In this document: one piece after another, positions 28,993-38,959 of the stretch
Layout of the letters: the number at the start of each line of letters is the position of its first letter
Numbering within the stretch: position 1 is the first letter of the stretch
Source: Nostoc sp. DedSLP01
Lineage (GTDB): Bacteria > Cyanobacteriota > Cyanobacteriia > Cyanobacteriales > Nostocaceae
NCBI GenBank assembly: GCA_034530875.2
Contig: JAVRCJ020000024.1
Span: 63,048 to 127,047, forward strand
Direction of reading: 5' to 3'
Length of the DNA: 64,000 bases
Notes under the pieces: model-generated
Database searches by the model: none
Seen by the model: only the letters and a program-made list of their open reading frames with translations
Told to the model about the DNA's origin: nothing
Program-made: the position numbers and the translations under genes

Positions 28993-30556
28993 AAAATGGT
29001 TCCGAATTGGAATTGCGGGTGTATTTCTGATGTCACTTGCCTTACGGTTTTGGGGACTAGAACGATTCAACACCCTGGTATTTGATGAAGTTTATTTTGC
29101 CAAATTTGGTAATAATTATCTGACGCATACGCCATTTTTTAATGCTCATCCGCCGCTAAGTCAATATATGATTGGTATCGGCATTTGGATTGGCAGTCAC
29201 ATTCCTTTTTGGCACGATACGGTAAATGGGCTAACAGGTTCAATGCGATCGCCTTGGACTTATCGGTGGTTCAATGCCCTGACTGGCTCATTTATTCCTG
29301 TAGTTGTAAGCGCGATCGCTTATCAAATCAGCTATCGTCGTAGCTTCGCTTTGCTTGCAGGTTTTTTCACTGCTTGTGATGGTCTATTTCTCGTTGAATC
29401 TCGCTATGCCTTAAGTAATATTTATATCATCATTTTTGGTTTATTAGGGCACTGGTTTTTATTATTAGCATTGGATAATCAAAACCAACGACGCTCATTT
29501 TGGTTAGTTCTAGCTGGCATTAATTTTGGTGCTTCAGTCGGTACTAAATGGAATGGTTTATGGTTTCTTTTCGGTGCTTATCTCATTTGGATAACGGCCT
29601 GGATAATTCAAGGAATATATTCTTTTTCTAATTCCAAATTTATTTCTATATCCTCTTCTTTGAGGGAAACAGACGAGCAGGAGAGCAGACGTCTACGGCA
29701 GGAAGTAGGAGTTATGAGTTACTCTCTCCCATCCCCCCATTTCCCCATCTCCCCACCTCCCTATCTCCCCATCTCACAATCTCAGACACCATTACAAAAA
29801 CTGACTCAATTAAATGTTTTCCAGATGTTATTTTATCTAGGAATAATTCCGGCTTTTATTTATAGCATCATCTGGATTCCTCACCTTCAGCTAGATAAAA
29901 CTTATGGATTTATTGCAGTACATCAGCAAATTTTGAAATTTCATTTACACATGGGTGGTAATAGTTCGAACGTACATCCTTATTGTGCTGCCTGGGACAA
30001 ATGGCCTTTGATGACTCGACCAATGGCATATTATTATCAAACGGCTGCAAATATTAACGAACCGCTACCTGTTATGGGGCCGCCTTTACCTGCTGGCCCT
30101 GGACAAATTATTTATGATGTCCATGCAATGGGCAATCCATTTCTGTGGTGGTTTGGTGTTGCTGCGATTTTATTTTTAGTAGGAATGCTGGTGTTGCAGG
30201 TTGGAATTACTTGGTTAAAAGAAAAGCACTTTTCTCCCCCTACAACTCTTAGCGTTGATACTTGGATTGCCTTGTATTTAGTTATAAATTATGCCGCTAA
30301 TTTATTACCTTGGGTAAAAGTTACAAGGTGTGTTTTTATCTACCATTATATGTGTGCAGTGGTATTTGTATTTATAGCGATCGCTTGGTTTACAGATCAG
30401 TGTCTTCGCAGTTATTATCAACAACTGCGCGCGGTAGGCGTCACCATCACTTTTATCATCTTAGCTGCCTTTATTTTCTGGATGCCGATTTATTTGGGTT
30501 TACCCCTCTCCGCTGAAGGTTATCATATACGGATGTGGTTCAAGTCTTGGATTTAA
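28985..30556 (+). CDS. Dolichyl/polyprenyl-phosphate-mannose protein O-mannosyltransferase family (PMT)
   Basis: LVFDEVYF, HPPL, W.WRWFNAL.G-like, ESRYAL, KWNG, HPY, GNP.LWW, FIYHY; many TM segments. Confidence 0.85.
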   Translation: MTKKWFRIGIAGVFLMSLALRFWGLERFNTLVFDEVYFAKFGNNYLTHTPFFNAHPPLSQYMIGIGIWIGSHIPFWHDTVNGLTGSMRSPWTYRWFNALTGSFIPVVVSAIAYQISYRRSFALLAGFFTACDGLFLVESRYALSNIYIIIFGLLGHWFLLLALDNQNQRRSFWLVLAGINFGASVGTKWNGLWFLFGAYLIWITAWIIQGIYSFSNSKFISISSSLRETDEQESRRLRQEVGVMSYSLPSPHFPISPPPYLPISQSQTPLQKLTQLNVFQMLFYLGIIPAFIYSIIWIPHLQLDKTYGFIAVHQQILKFHLHMGGNSSNVHPYCAAWDKWPLMTRPMAYYYQTAANINEPLPVMGPPLPAGPGQIIYDVHAMGNPFLWWFGVAAILFLVGMLVLQVGITWLKEKHFSPPTTLSVDTWIALYLVINYAANLLPWVKVTRCVFIYHYMCAVVFVFIAIAWFTDQCLRSYYQQLRAVGVTITFIILAAFIFWMPIYLGLPLSAEGYHIRMWFKSWI

Positions 30557-30677
30557 CTCATAATATGGGGCATAGGGCATTAGTCATTATGCTACTTTTT
30601 TAATGCAGTAGATAATTGGCGCAAGCGATCGCTCCATTGCACCCGAAACAATCCTAAGCTGATAAATAATTGCCACA

Positions 30678-33038
30678 TCACTGGCTATTAATCATGGCAG
30701 CAATGGTAGATAAAGGCACTTCTGCAAAATAATTTTGCTGAAATTGTTCTTCGCTGACAGCAGCTAAAAATTCTCTCACAGCCGCATCACCCTTAGTTTC
30801 AAAGACATTATTAGGATTCCAGGTGATTTGCAAATTGCGGTCTTCTCTTGTAACTGTGAATCCGTAATATTTTAAAGCTTTGATTCCTAGAAATAAGGTG
30901 CGATCGCTTATCCCCAGTTTATCTAAAAGTTTAACGCGAGTGACTGGTTGATTTGTACGACTGAGATATTTGGCAACACCAACTAAGGTCTGCCAAATTT
31001 GTTTTGGTGGTTGGTGGTTGGGTTTAGACCAAGCGATCGCTAGTTGTTTTTGGTTATCAACGGTACTATTTAAACATCGCCGCAACCATGCACGTAAATC
31101 ATCCCAGTTTGTCGGACAATCTTCAAGCAGCAGTGGAGGAGTGGGGAGTGGGGAGTAGGGAGTAGGGAGGTTGCGCCAGTCGAGGATGAGTGGTAAATGC
31201 CCACTTGTGCGTACTGAGTGTTCGCTGGGACGCACCGCAATTAATCTAATTTCATAGCGTTTTTTGAAGGTATTGTAGTCAAGTTCTGCGATACAATCAC
31301 ACCTTCCGACAGGCAATTCATCTTTGTAGTGTCCCCACCAGATACCGGGAAATGGACTTCTAGTTGAATCATCCCGAATGTCAAACTCAGTTTTAATGTA
31401 CTGTACCTTTTTTCCTTGCCAATCCTGCTGATTGCGATGCCAACTATTTTCAAACCAGCAGTTTTGAATTAGCAATTTTGGCACGGGATTACCCATTCCA
31501 CAAGGTTCTAATAATTTCAGTTCTAAAAATAACTCTTTCCCCAAGTCTGCAACTTTTACCACTATGTCTGCTTGTACCGTTGGCGTGAGAGTCGTACCGC
31601 CCAAAGATTGCCGTAACTGCTGATTAATTGCTGCTGTAAATAAAGGAATATTCTCAATCGGCAAACTCAAACCCGCAGCAAAAGGATGTCCGCCAAAGCG
31701 GTGCAAAAGATGTGCTTGGTCTTTTACCAGCTGATACAAATCGACCGAATTCACAGAACGGGCGGAACCACGGGCTAGTGATTGGGGATTAGGGAGTAGG
31801 GAGTAGGGAGTAGGGGTAGAATCTTCCCCACTCCCCTCTGTACTTAACAAAATCGTCGGGCGTCCTGTTTCTTGTGCTACTTGTCCGGCGACTAAGCCCA
31901 ACACACCAGCAGGCCATTGGGGATCTTCAAGGACAATGACGCTGGTGGTTGATAAATCTAATTGAGTCAGTTTTTGTGCGACTTGGGCTTGTACATCTTT
32001 TTGCAAGGATTTGCGGCGGCTGTTTGCGAGTTCTGTAACTTCGGCTAATTCGTTACAACGTTTGGCATTGCGGCTAGTTAATAATTCGACGCAGAAACTA
32101 GCGTCGCCTTGGATGCGGCTAACAGCGTTGATTCTAGGCCCCAAACCGAAGGAAATATCTGTGGGGCGATCGCCACTTTTCTGGCACAATTCTAATAATC
32201 GCCCTACTCCCGGTCGCCGTCGTGCTGTAGGTGGCTGTTGAAAATCTGCTTGCAGTCGTTGAATTCCCAACTGTGCCAAATAGCGACAATCTCCACTCAG
32301 CTGCACTAAGTCGGCAATTAATCCTACTGCCACTAAATCTAATAAATCCTGTAATGGATGTTGGGGAATATCAGGCAAACTTTGATAAAGTGCTTCTACC
32401 AACTTATAAGCTACCGCCACCCCAGAAAGATGAAATAGCTGATGTTCTTTTGGCAGATATCGGGGATTAATAATTGCTGTTACTGGTGGGCGTTCTTCAG
32501 GTAATGTATGGTGGTCGGTAACTATGACATCGATACCTAATTCTTTGGCATAAATAATTTCATTAATATTTGTGCTACCCGTATCGCAAGTGACTATTAA
32601 TTTACAACCTTGTTTTGCTAAATTCTCAATTCCTTGATTATTCAGTCCGTGAGATTCTTTTAAACGATTGGGAATGTAATAACTTAACTCGATATTTTGG
32701 ATAAAAAACTCTCCCAATCCATCCCAAAGTACGGCAGTGGAGGTAATCCCATCAGCATCAAAATCTCCCCAAATAGCAACTTTTTCTCCAGCTTTACGCG
32801 CTTTTTGTAAGCGGGCGATCGCCAGATGCATTTCTTGTCCAAACTCAAAGGGACTTGCTGCTTGATAGTCTTTATAGTTAATAAAAGCTGATAATTGTGA
32901 TTTTTCTTTAATTCCCCGTTGCCACAACAATTGCGCTGTATACAGTCCATTTGATGCAGGTGTATGCTGTTTCACCGCTTGAATAAACCACTCTGGTGGT
33001 TGTTCTGTTGTTGCTAGAGTCCACTGTTGTGCTGCCAT
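30678..33038 (-). CDS. recJ: Single-stranded-DNA-specific exonuclease RecJ
   Basis: GDFDADG, YIPNR, TCDTG, TDHH, RINA, RGSARS, GGHPFAAG, LEPCGMGN. Confidence 0.92.
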   Translation of the reverse strand: MAAQQWTLATTEQPPEWFIQAVKQHTPASNGLYTAQLLWQRGIKEKSQLSAFINYKDYQAASPFEFGQEMHLAIARLQKARKAGEKVAIWGDFDADGITSTAVLWDGLGEFFIQNIELSYYIPNRLKESHGLNNQGIENLAKQGCKLIVTCDTGSTNINEIIYAKELGIDVIVTDHHTLPEERPPVTAIINPRYLPKEHQLFHLSGVAVAYKLVEALYQSLPDIPQHPLQDLLDLVAVGLIADLVQLSGDCRYLAQLGIQRLQADFQQPPTARRRPGVGRLLELCQKSGDRPTDISFGLGPRINAVSRIQGDASFCVELLTSRNAKRCNELAEVTELANSRRKSLQKDVQAQVAQKLTQLDLSTTSVIVLEDPQWPAGVLGLVAGQVAQETGRPTILLSTEGSGEDSTPTPYSLLPNPQSLARGSARSVNSVDLYQLVKDQAHLLHRFGGHPFAAGLSLPIENIPLFTAAINQQLRQSLGGTTLTPTVQADIVVKVADLGKELFLELKLLEPCGMGNPVPKLLIQNCWFENSWHRNQQDWQGKKVQYIKTEFDIRDDSTRSPFPGIWWGHYKDELPVGRCDCIAELDYNTFKKRYEIRLIAVRPSEHSVRTSGHLPLILDWRNLPTPYSPLPTPPLLLEDCPTNWDDLRAWLRRCLNSTVDNQKQLAIAWSKPNHQPPKQIWQTLVGVAKYLSRTNQPVTRVKLLDKLGISDRTLFLGIKALKYYGFTVTREDRNLQITWNPNNVFETKGDAAVREFLAAVSEEQFQQNYFAEVPLSTIAAMINSQ

Positions 33039-33139
33039 AAAAAGAAAGTTAGTAAAGTAATAAATAAAGTCTTAAAGTTTCTGAATTTGTGGTTTTTGAA
33101 CGTATTTTATCTGTGTATTTCTATAGCATTCCTAAATGA

Positions 33140-33240
33140 TACCAATTTGAAAAAACAATGCGATAGATACACCATTTGTAGAGACGCGATTTATCGCGTC
33201 TTTAACCAAGGATATGTTGCAATCATTAATTGAATTGGTA
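33140..33240. mobile_element. 101-bp MITE with TGA target-site duplication and internal REP-like palindrome
   Basis: TGA|TACCAATT ... AATTGGTA|TGA; internal AGACGCGATTTATCGCGTCT (related copy near 35070). Confidence 0.65.
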
Positions 33241-33362
33241 TGAGTTGTTCAATTAGTCCTGGAGGCAGGCAATAGCCAATAGATTGTTTGACAAATGACT
33301 TAGGATTGCTATAGAAATACAAAGAATCCAGAGAATAATAATAGTGCAAAATTCTGAAAGCT

Positions 33363-34925
33363 TTACTCCCAATTTCTCAACCGAAAGCGCACTGGCATTT
33401 TATCGGACGGATAAATTAACAGGTTTTGCTGTAATTGTTCCAGAGAAGAACGACCGTTGACTAACTCCCAGTCGAAGTAGCGGAGTAATAATGCCAGCAT
33501 CAGAGTTCCTTCCAGCATTGATAAATGCTCTCCTAAGCAACGATGAGGCCCTGAGCCAAAGTCTATCATTGGCAGCGAACTATTTTCCTTATTCTTGTCT
33601 AACCAACGTTCTGGTAGAAATACCTCTGGATTAGCATAGACTTCTGAATCTCTTCCAGCAGCAAGCATTGACCAGGATACTCTTGTACCGCGAGGAATCA
33701 CTTTACCCTCAATTACAATGTCGCGTTGAGTCTCCAATGAAGTCGAGCCTGAGGCGACTGAATAAAGGCGCAACGTTTCCTTGATAATTGCACTGATATA
33801 AGCTAATTCTTTAAAGCTTTCTGTATTAATACAGCCTTTGCTTTGCCAAACTTGGTCAACAATGTCCCGTGCTTGCTGAAAAACCCTTTGATTTAAGCTC
33901 AACTCTCCTACTGTAAAGGATAAAGTATGGGCTGTTGTGTCAGTACCAGCTATTAAAAGCTCAACAGATTCTGCTATTAATGTTTCGCGATTGTATTTTG
34001 GTTCTTTGGCAGCGATTTTGACTAAGATTGATTCTTGAAACAAAGGACTGACTTGTGGTAAATCACTCCGGTTTTGTTCTCTCATCTGTAAAGCTAAGTC
34101 TACACGAGGAGTCAGAAATTCCTCTAAATATCGCCTTGCTGCCCAATAATCTCGTGAATTCTTAGTTGGCAAATATTTCATCCATATCTTCTCACCAGTA
34201 GCTTGTCGTAGGAACCGATAGCCTACAATAGACATCGCTTCGTACACCTTGGAAACTTCCAGGGGTGGCCCTTCAGGACTAGTACTCTTTCTATCCACAG
34301 GAATGCCTAGTACTAAAGAGCAAATCACCCTCATTGTTAGTTCTACAAACAGAGGATCCACCTCAACTTCTTTTGGCGGTGCAGTTTCTTTAAGTGTCTC
34401 AATTACTTGTTCGCAAGCTTGGCTAATAATTTCAACATATTTGGAGAGACCGCTAGAACTGAATTCTGGGTTCCAAGCTCTGCGTCGCCACTGCCACTCA
34501 GTCCCGGTTTCTCCTAACAGAATGGAACCACTGATATCGTTCCAAGCCTTACGCAAGCGCTCAGATCTAATTAAGCTACCATCTCTCATCCCATTGACAA
34601 TGGTATCTTCGATAACTTTTGGCTTACTTAAAACGACAATTGGAGAACTGCCATTCCAGATAACATACATTGGGCCTAGCTCTTTACTCCAATCAAAAAA
34701 TTGTAGGAATAATTTCTTCTGTTTCACTGCTGCTAATATTTGCGGAAGATTTCCTAACAGCCAGTGTTTGGGAGGAGAAGGGAGTAATTGTAGCGATTTG
34801 TATGTATTCTTTTGTTTCCACCAGCGCCAACCAAGTGTTCCCGCTACACTACTAACACCTAAGACTGTCGCTAAATATGGAAATGAAGAAGAATAATCAA
34901 TCTGAGCAATAATTTCTTGGAACAT
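33363..34925 (-). CDS. Cytochrome P450 with N-terminal membrane anchor
   Basis: AGTDTT I-helix, ETLR, PERW, FGSGPHRCLG heme motif; start moved to ATG 34925. Confidence 0.93.
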   Translation of the reverse strand: MFQEIIAQIDYSSSFPYLATVLGVSSVAGTLGWRWWKQKNTYKSLQLLPSPPKHWLLGNLPQILAAVKQKKLFLQFFDWSKELGPMYVIWNGSSPIVVLSKPKVIEDTIVNGMRDGSLIRSERLRKAWNDISGSILLGETGTEWQWRRRAWNPEFSSSGLSKYVEIISQACEQVIETLKETAPPKEVEVDPLFVELTMRVICSLVLGIPVDRKSTSPEGPPLEVSKVYEAMSIVGYRFLRQATGEKIWMKYLPTKNSRDYWAARRYLEEFLTPRVDLALQMREQNRSDLPQVSPLFQESILVKIAAKEPKYNRETLIAESVELLIAGTDTTAHTLSFTVGELSLNQRVFQQARDIVDQVWQSKGCINTESFKELAYISAIIKETLRLYSVASGSTSLETQRDIVIEGKVIPRGTRVSWSMLAAGRDSEVYANPEVFLPERWLDKNKENSSLPMIDFGSGPHRCLGEHLSMLEGTLMLALLLRYFDWELVNGRSSLEQLQQNLLIYPSDKMPVRFRLRNWE

Positions 34926-35109
34926 AAATTTGCCTTTGTTTCCCAAAAACTTCAGATTACCCAGATACTACCTTATTGTTTACCAATTTGTTCAGCCTGT
35001 TTTTATTTTCAGAAAGTAATATTAATAAGATTCAAGATAGTTTTAATTCATAACTCTTAACTCTTGTGCAGACGCAATTCATCGCGTCTCTATTTTATTA
35101 AATTGGCGA

Positions 35110-35739
35110 TTAGTCTTCGGTGATTTGAGATTCGCTCACTAGGGGATTAATTAATATTTCATTAGCAGCACTATCGGGCTTACGGGCGCGAATTGCTGGA
35201 CGCGATCGCCTGTAACCTGCTCTTTCGGCTTTTTGATGTTCGTAATCAATTAATCTGCCATAATATTCGTGTTTGCTTAAATTCATTGATAAGAAAATAT
35301 GCTGGCGAATATTGCCAAATCCTTTACGATTAAAAAACTTTAATGCTGAAGTATTGGTAGGGTCAGTATCGACTAGCATGAACCGCGCCCCATCTTCAAT
35401 CATCCTGGCGACGACTTTATCAACTAGCTTGTCTGCAACTCCCCGACGCTGGAATTTGGGACTTACTCCCAGCCATAAAATGTAACCGTAAGTCCAAGAT
35501 GCTTTAGTAATAATTGTTCCCAAAACAAAGCCTGCTACTTCTCCCTCTCTTTCAGCCACCAGGCAATATTCTGGATCTGTATTGTAAAGTCCAATTACTT
35601 CCCATTCGTCCCACGTGCGGTATAAATAAGGATATAAATCGCTGGTAAATAATTCTTCTCCCAAGTGGTAAACAGGAGCAATGTCATCTATTCCTAATTC
35701 CCGTACATAAATCGCTTCAGTTTCATCAAAGTTTGACAT
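35110..35739 (-). CDS. GNAT family N-acetyltransferase
   Basis: LGVSPKFQRRGVA acetyl-CoA motif, NTSALKFF...GF. Confidence 0.9.
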   Translation of the reverse strand: MSNFDETEAIYVRELGIDDIAPVYHLGEELFTSDLYPYLYRTWDEWEVIGLYNTDPEYCLVAEREGEVAGFVLGTIITKASWTYGYILWLGVSPKFQRRGVADKLVDKVVARMIEDGARFMLVDTDPTNTSALKFFNRKGFGNIRQHIFLSMNLSKHEYYGRLIDYEHQKAERAGYRRSRPAIRARKPDSAANEILINPLVSESQITED

Positions 35740-35790
35740 AAATTTATAATTTGTAATTTACTTATATTTCAATGATTTCAAAATAAAAAA

Positions 35791-36597
35791 TCAAAGCGAT
35801 ACTTCTTGAATGTTGTCAATATTTAGCATTGAATCTGTCACTTCTTCTTCTTTAACTTGCGTGCGATCGCACCTTTTAGCAAACTGACAATAATCGCAAG
35901 TTTTACTATCTTCCGCTACTTGCGGAAACTGCTTGTTGTAATTTTGGTAGTCTTCCAACCAATTAGTTAATTGATTTAACAGTTGATTAAGTTTTTTTGC
36001 TGTTTTTGTATGTTGAGCAGTATTGTAATTAAATTTAATATTTTGCGGTTTGCCTTCAGATTGGACAAACCAGTAAGTCATAGAAATATTTTCTGGCGAA
36101 TATGTACTAGTTTCAGCCAAAACATACAAATAAAGCCGTGTTTGCCAGTTAGATTCTAACTTGCGTTTATGGGGTGGTTTCGGATAAGTTTTCCAGTCGA
36201 GAATTTGTGCTTGTTGGTTATCTGCAATCAATAAATCATAGACAACCGTCAACAAATAGTCCTGAACTTGCAGAGTCCGGTAGTGTTCGCTTTCACGAAA
36301 AGTTTGATTGTCAGTTGCAGGCTTTAATATTTCTGGTGCTGCATCAGCAAAACCCGCCATCCAGCTTTGCAGTTGAGGATCTGCTTCTAGGAAATTATCA
36401 ATTGGCAAACCCATTTCTCGCTGCTGCATTAGCAGGTGAAAGCGGCTACCTAAAGTTTGCCGTTCCTCGTGTTCGGGGTTCGCGGGTGAATTGAGTTGTT
36501 CTAGATAAGTATGTTGAAATTTACGCGGACAAGCTTCTAGTAAGTTAAGTTGTCCTTGAGAAAGCCGTAGTAATTGTTGAGTGGGAGCTGATAACAT
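35791..36597 (-). CDS. PD-(D/E)XK nuclease family protein (RecB/AddB/Cas4-like, 4-Cys)
   Basis: LSQ..L....CPRKF, G.RFH, YDLL..ILDWKT, Q.RLY, CDYCQFAKRC. Confidence 0.85.
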   Translation of the reverse strand: MLSAPTQQLLRLSQGQLNLLEACPRKFQHTYLEQLNSPANPEHEERQTLGSRFHLLMQQREMGLPIDNFLEADPQLQSWMAGFADAAPEILKPATDNQTFRESEHYRTLQVQDYLLTVVYDLLIADNQQAQILDWKTYPKPPHKRKLESNWQTRLYLYVLAETSTYSPENISMTYWFVQSEGKPQNIKFNYNTAQHTKTAKKLNQLLNQLTNWLEDYQNYNKQFPQVAEDSKTCDYCQFAKRCDRTQVKEEEVTDSMLNIDNIQEVSL

Positions 36598-36769
36598 TCT
36601 TCTATTTTAGAAGCGATCGCTAGTAATTTTTGCATCAGAGCGATCGCGGGTATTGGGATTTCTGCTACTAAATTCGCATATAAAGTATTATTTGAATAGT
36701 CAGGTCAAATTTCGCAAATCGAATCAAACCCAACCTTGCCATGAACGAGTTGAGGATGAGACATCACAA

Positions 36770-37138
36770 TCAAGCTGGAATCTGTGTATTTTCCTCAGAA
36801 GCTATTTCACCTAACTCATCCGCTTCTAGCCTTTTCTTCCTATTTTGAAATTCAGACAACAACCTGTAGAAGGCATTAAAACCTTCTTGTTCGGTTCCAC
36901 AATGGAGCATAATTATCTTAGCCCAAGAATTAGAAGTTGATACATGATATTTTTTTTGTACCCAAGGCTGAAACTCCCGATAAAAATCCATTTCTTCTGC
37001 CGTTGCTTCTATCCCTAATTCTCTCAAAGCCGTTTTAAAACCCACTATAAAATGAAATAAATCGCTAACGGAAGCACGTCCTATATAGATTCCTGGCTTC
37101 GTTTGAATTTTTGACAAAATCTCAAATAGTTTACTCAT
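36770..37138 (-). CDS. Hypothetical protein, putative immunity/partner of the upstream papain-fold toxin
   Basis: 122-aa ORF from ATG 37138 (PGIYIG..S...L..F..G, FQPWV, SW..II); lies 45 bp downstream of the toxin gene. Confidence 0.65.
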   Translation of the reverse strand: MSKLFEILSKIQTKPGIYIGRASVSDLFHFIVGFKTALRELGIEATAEEMDFYREFQPWVQKKYHVSTSNSWAKIIMLHCGTEQEGFNAFYRLLSEFQNRKKRLEADELGEIASEENTQIPA

Positions 37139-37183
37139 TTTTTCTTCAAGCCTAGCTGACAAAATTTATCTAATTATTTAGTT

Positions 37184-37543
37184 TTAAATCTCATCCAAAT
37201 AGTCAACCAAAAATTCTCCGCTGGGGCAATCAAAATCATTCAGCCAATCACTAAGAGTCAATCCCTCAGTTGATAGATTATCAAATACTCTTTCTTTAAC
37301 CTCCACACCATAATGAATTCCGTTGAGTGTAATTTAATCGTTTATTAAGAGCCTTTCTAGACGTGTACTAATTATATAATCCTCACCATTACGCGTTTGA
37401 ATTTTAATAATCCTTCCGGATATCCCATTTTCTCTTAACCACTGCATCACAGCACTAGCGCATTCGTCACATTTATACAGTTCAAAATTTGCAACTATTT
37501 TACCAACTGACTGGTAAATCTCCTCATCGGATAGCTGGCTCAC
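37184..37543 (-). pseudogene. Papain-fold toxin 2 (Tox-PL-2-like) gene with in-frame TAA at codon 70
   Basis: CDECASA before the stop; the frame continues ITLNGIHYGVEVKERVFDNL...DEI to TAA at 37184-37186. Confidence 0.75.
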
Positions 37544-37954
37544 TCACACACCCTAATATTAAATAAATAGATCTAGTTATATTTAAAAATCTTCTCACCG
37601 TCAGTTACTTCGGTATATACTGCCGTTGATGATTGACTTGGGGTGAAAATTTTGAACTGGGGTTGCAGGGCAGCGTTCATATCACGCTTTAGTCAAAAAC
37701 AAGGGTAGAGGTGTCACGGGTAGGGTGTATGGAAGGAGAGGACGCCCTTCAGGGCTTGTTGCGCGACCAACGCAATCGTTTTAAAAGATGGGGCTTGGTC
37801 TTGGTCAATGATATTAATTTCTTCTAATTGTTTATTTAATGACAAACTCCCCCACCTCTTAGCAAAGCTAGAACTGGGGGAGTTTTGACATTTACTTTTT
37901 ATTTTTTAATTGACTGTCAACAGCCAACAGTCAACCATAAATTCTGATTTCCTA

Positions 37955-38608
37955 TCACTGCATTTCGTCGTATTCTGGGGCTTCAACTCGTCTTGCTTCT
38001 AAGCGAGAAGCAGGCAGAAATTCAGCACGACGTACCGGAACCAAAGGCGGTGTGGGGCCTTGGTAAGGGTGAATCACTTGTACGGTGCGGGTGGGACGCT
38101 GGCGTGGCGAGAACAAAGCTAATACTCCAGCAACGACAACACCACCGCCAATAGTCAAAGCTGCGCCTCCCACCGCCCAAAGCATTGGTGAAGACCACCA
38201 AGGACTTTGTGGCTGTAATGCAGCTGCTTTTTGTTGGTTATTCAATAGCAACTGTTGTTGAGCATTGTAATTCTGGACTTGACCTTCAAGTTGTTGCTTG
38301 AGCAACTTCAGCTGTTCGTTGTCTTTTCTTAAACTCTCCATCTGCATATTCAGCTTTTCTATTTCTAGACGCTGGTCAGAATTTGGAGGTGTTGGTTGTG
38401 TATTAGGATAAACTGGTTGTGCTTGGCCGTAATATCCAGGAGGATATTGCACCTGTGGGGGCATAACCTGGGGCTGTACTACAGTAGTCGGCATTTGCTG
38501 ACCAACAGCAAAGTTAGGTTGTAGGGGGGTATTTGTCCCTTTGAGCAATACCAGAGCCGCTAATCCAGCGACAGCGACCCCACCGATAAATGCCATACTC
38601 TCACTCAT
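37955..38608 (-). CDS. patN: Heterocyst patterning membrane protein PatN
   Basis: MSESMAFIGGVAVAGLAALVLLK N-terminus, Gln/Pro-rich region, coiled coil, TM helix; located after trpA as recalled for Nostoc/Anabaena. Confidence 0.8.
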   Translation of the reverse strand: MSESMAFIGGVAVAGLAALVLLKGTNTPLQPNFAVGQQMPTTVVQPQVMPPQVQYPPGYYGQAQPVYPNTQPTPPNSDQRLEIEKLNMQMESLRKDNEQLKLLKQQLEGQVQNYNAQQQLLLNNQQKAAALQPQSPWWSSPMLWAVGGAALTIGGGVVVAGVLALFSPRQRPTRTVQVIHPYQGPTPPLVPVRRAEFLPASRLEARRVEAPEYDEMQ

Positions 38609-38959
38609 CGCCTTTGCCCCTCAACTGTTGAAGTAACTATATCTATTTGTAACTTACTCACTCTCACACTCATATTTCTTTGACTGCTTCACATAATACT
38701 CAGACTATAAGCAACTGTATCAGGTAGTTTTTTTACATTCTGATATCTGATGTTAATATTCAAGACCAGAACAGTCAAATTGTCTACTAAATTCAGGATA
38801 AAAAAACTACGCTGTTACACTTTTTTAATCTACTTTTCTGCTCTAATCAATATGAGTATTTGTGCTGCTATCCTACATTTAAGGGTTTAAGACCCCTTAA
38901 TGCGTGAATTTTGAGTCGCAGCTTTGGTGCGCTGAAAGCGCAACTTGAATTTTGAATTG

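Noticed and set aside
34249..34896. 215-aa plus-strand ORF
   Set aside because: Wholly antisense to the P450 gene and without motifs
37560..37850. Two possible small minus-strand ORFs (about 35-45 aa) between patN and the toxin gene
   Set aside because: No recognisable homology or RBS; cannot be supported from sequence alone
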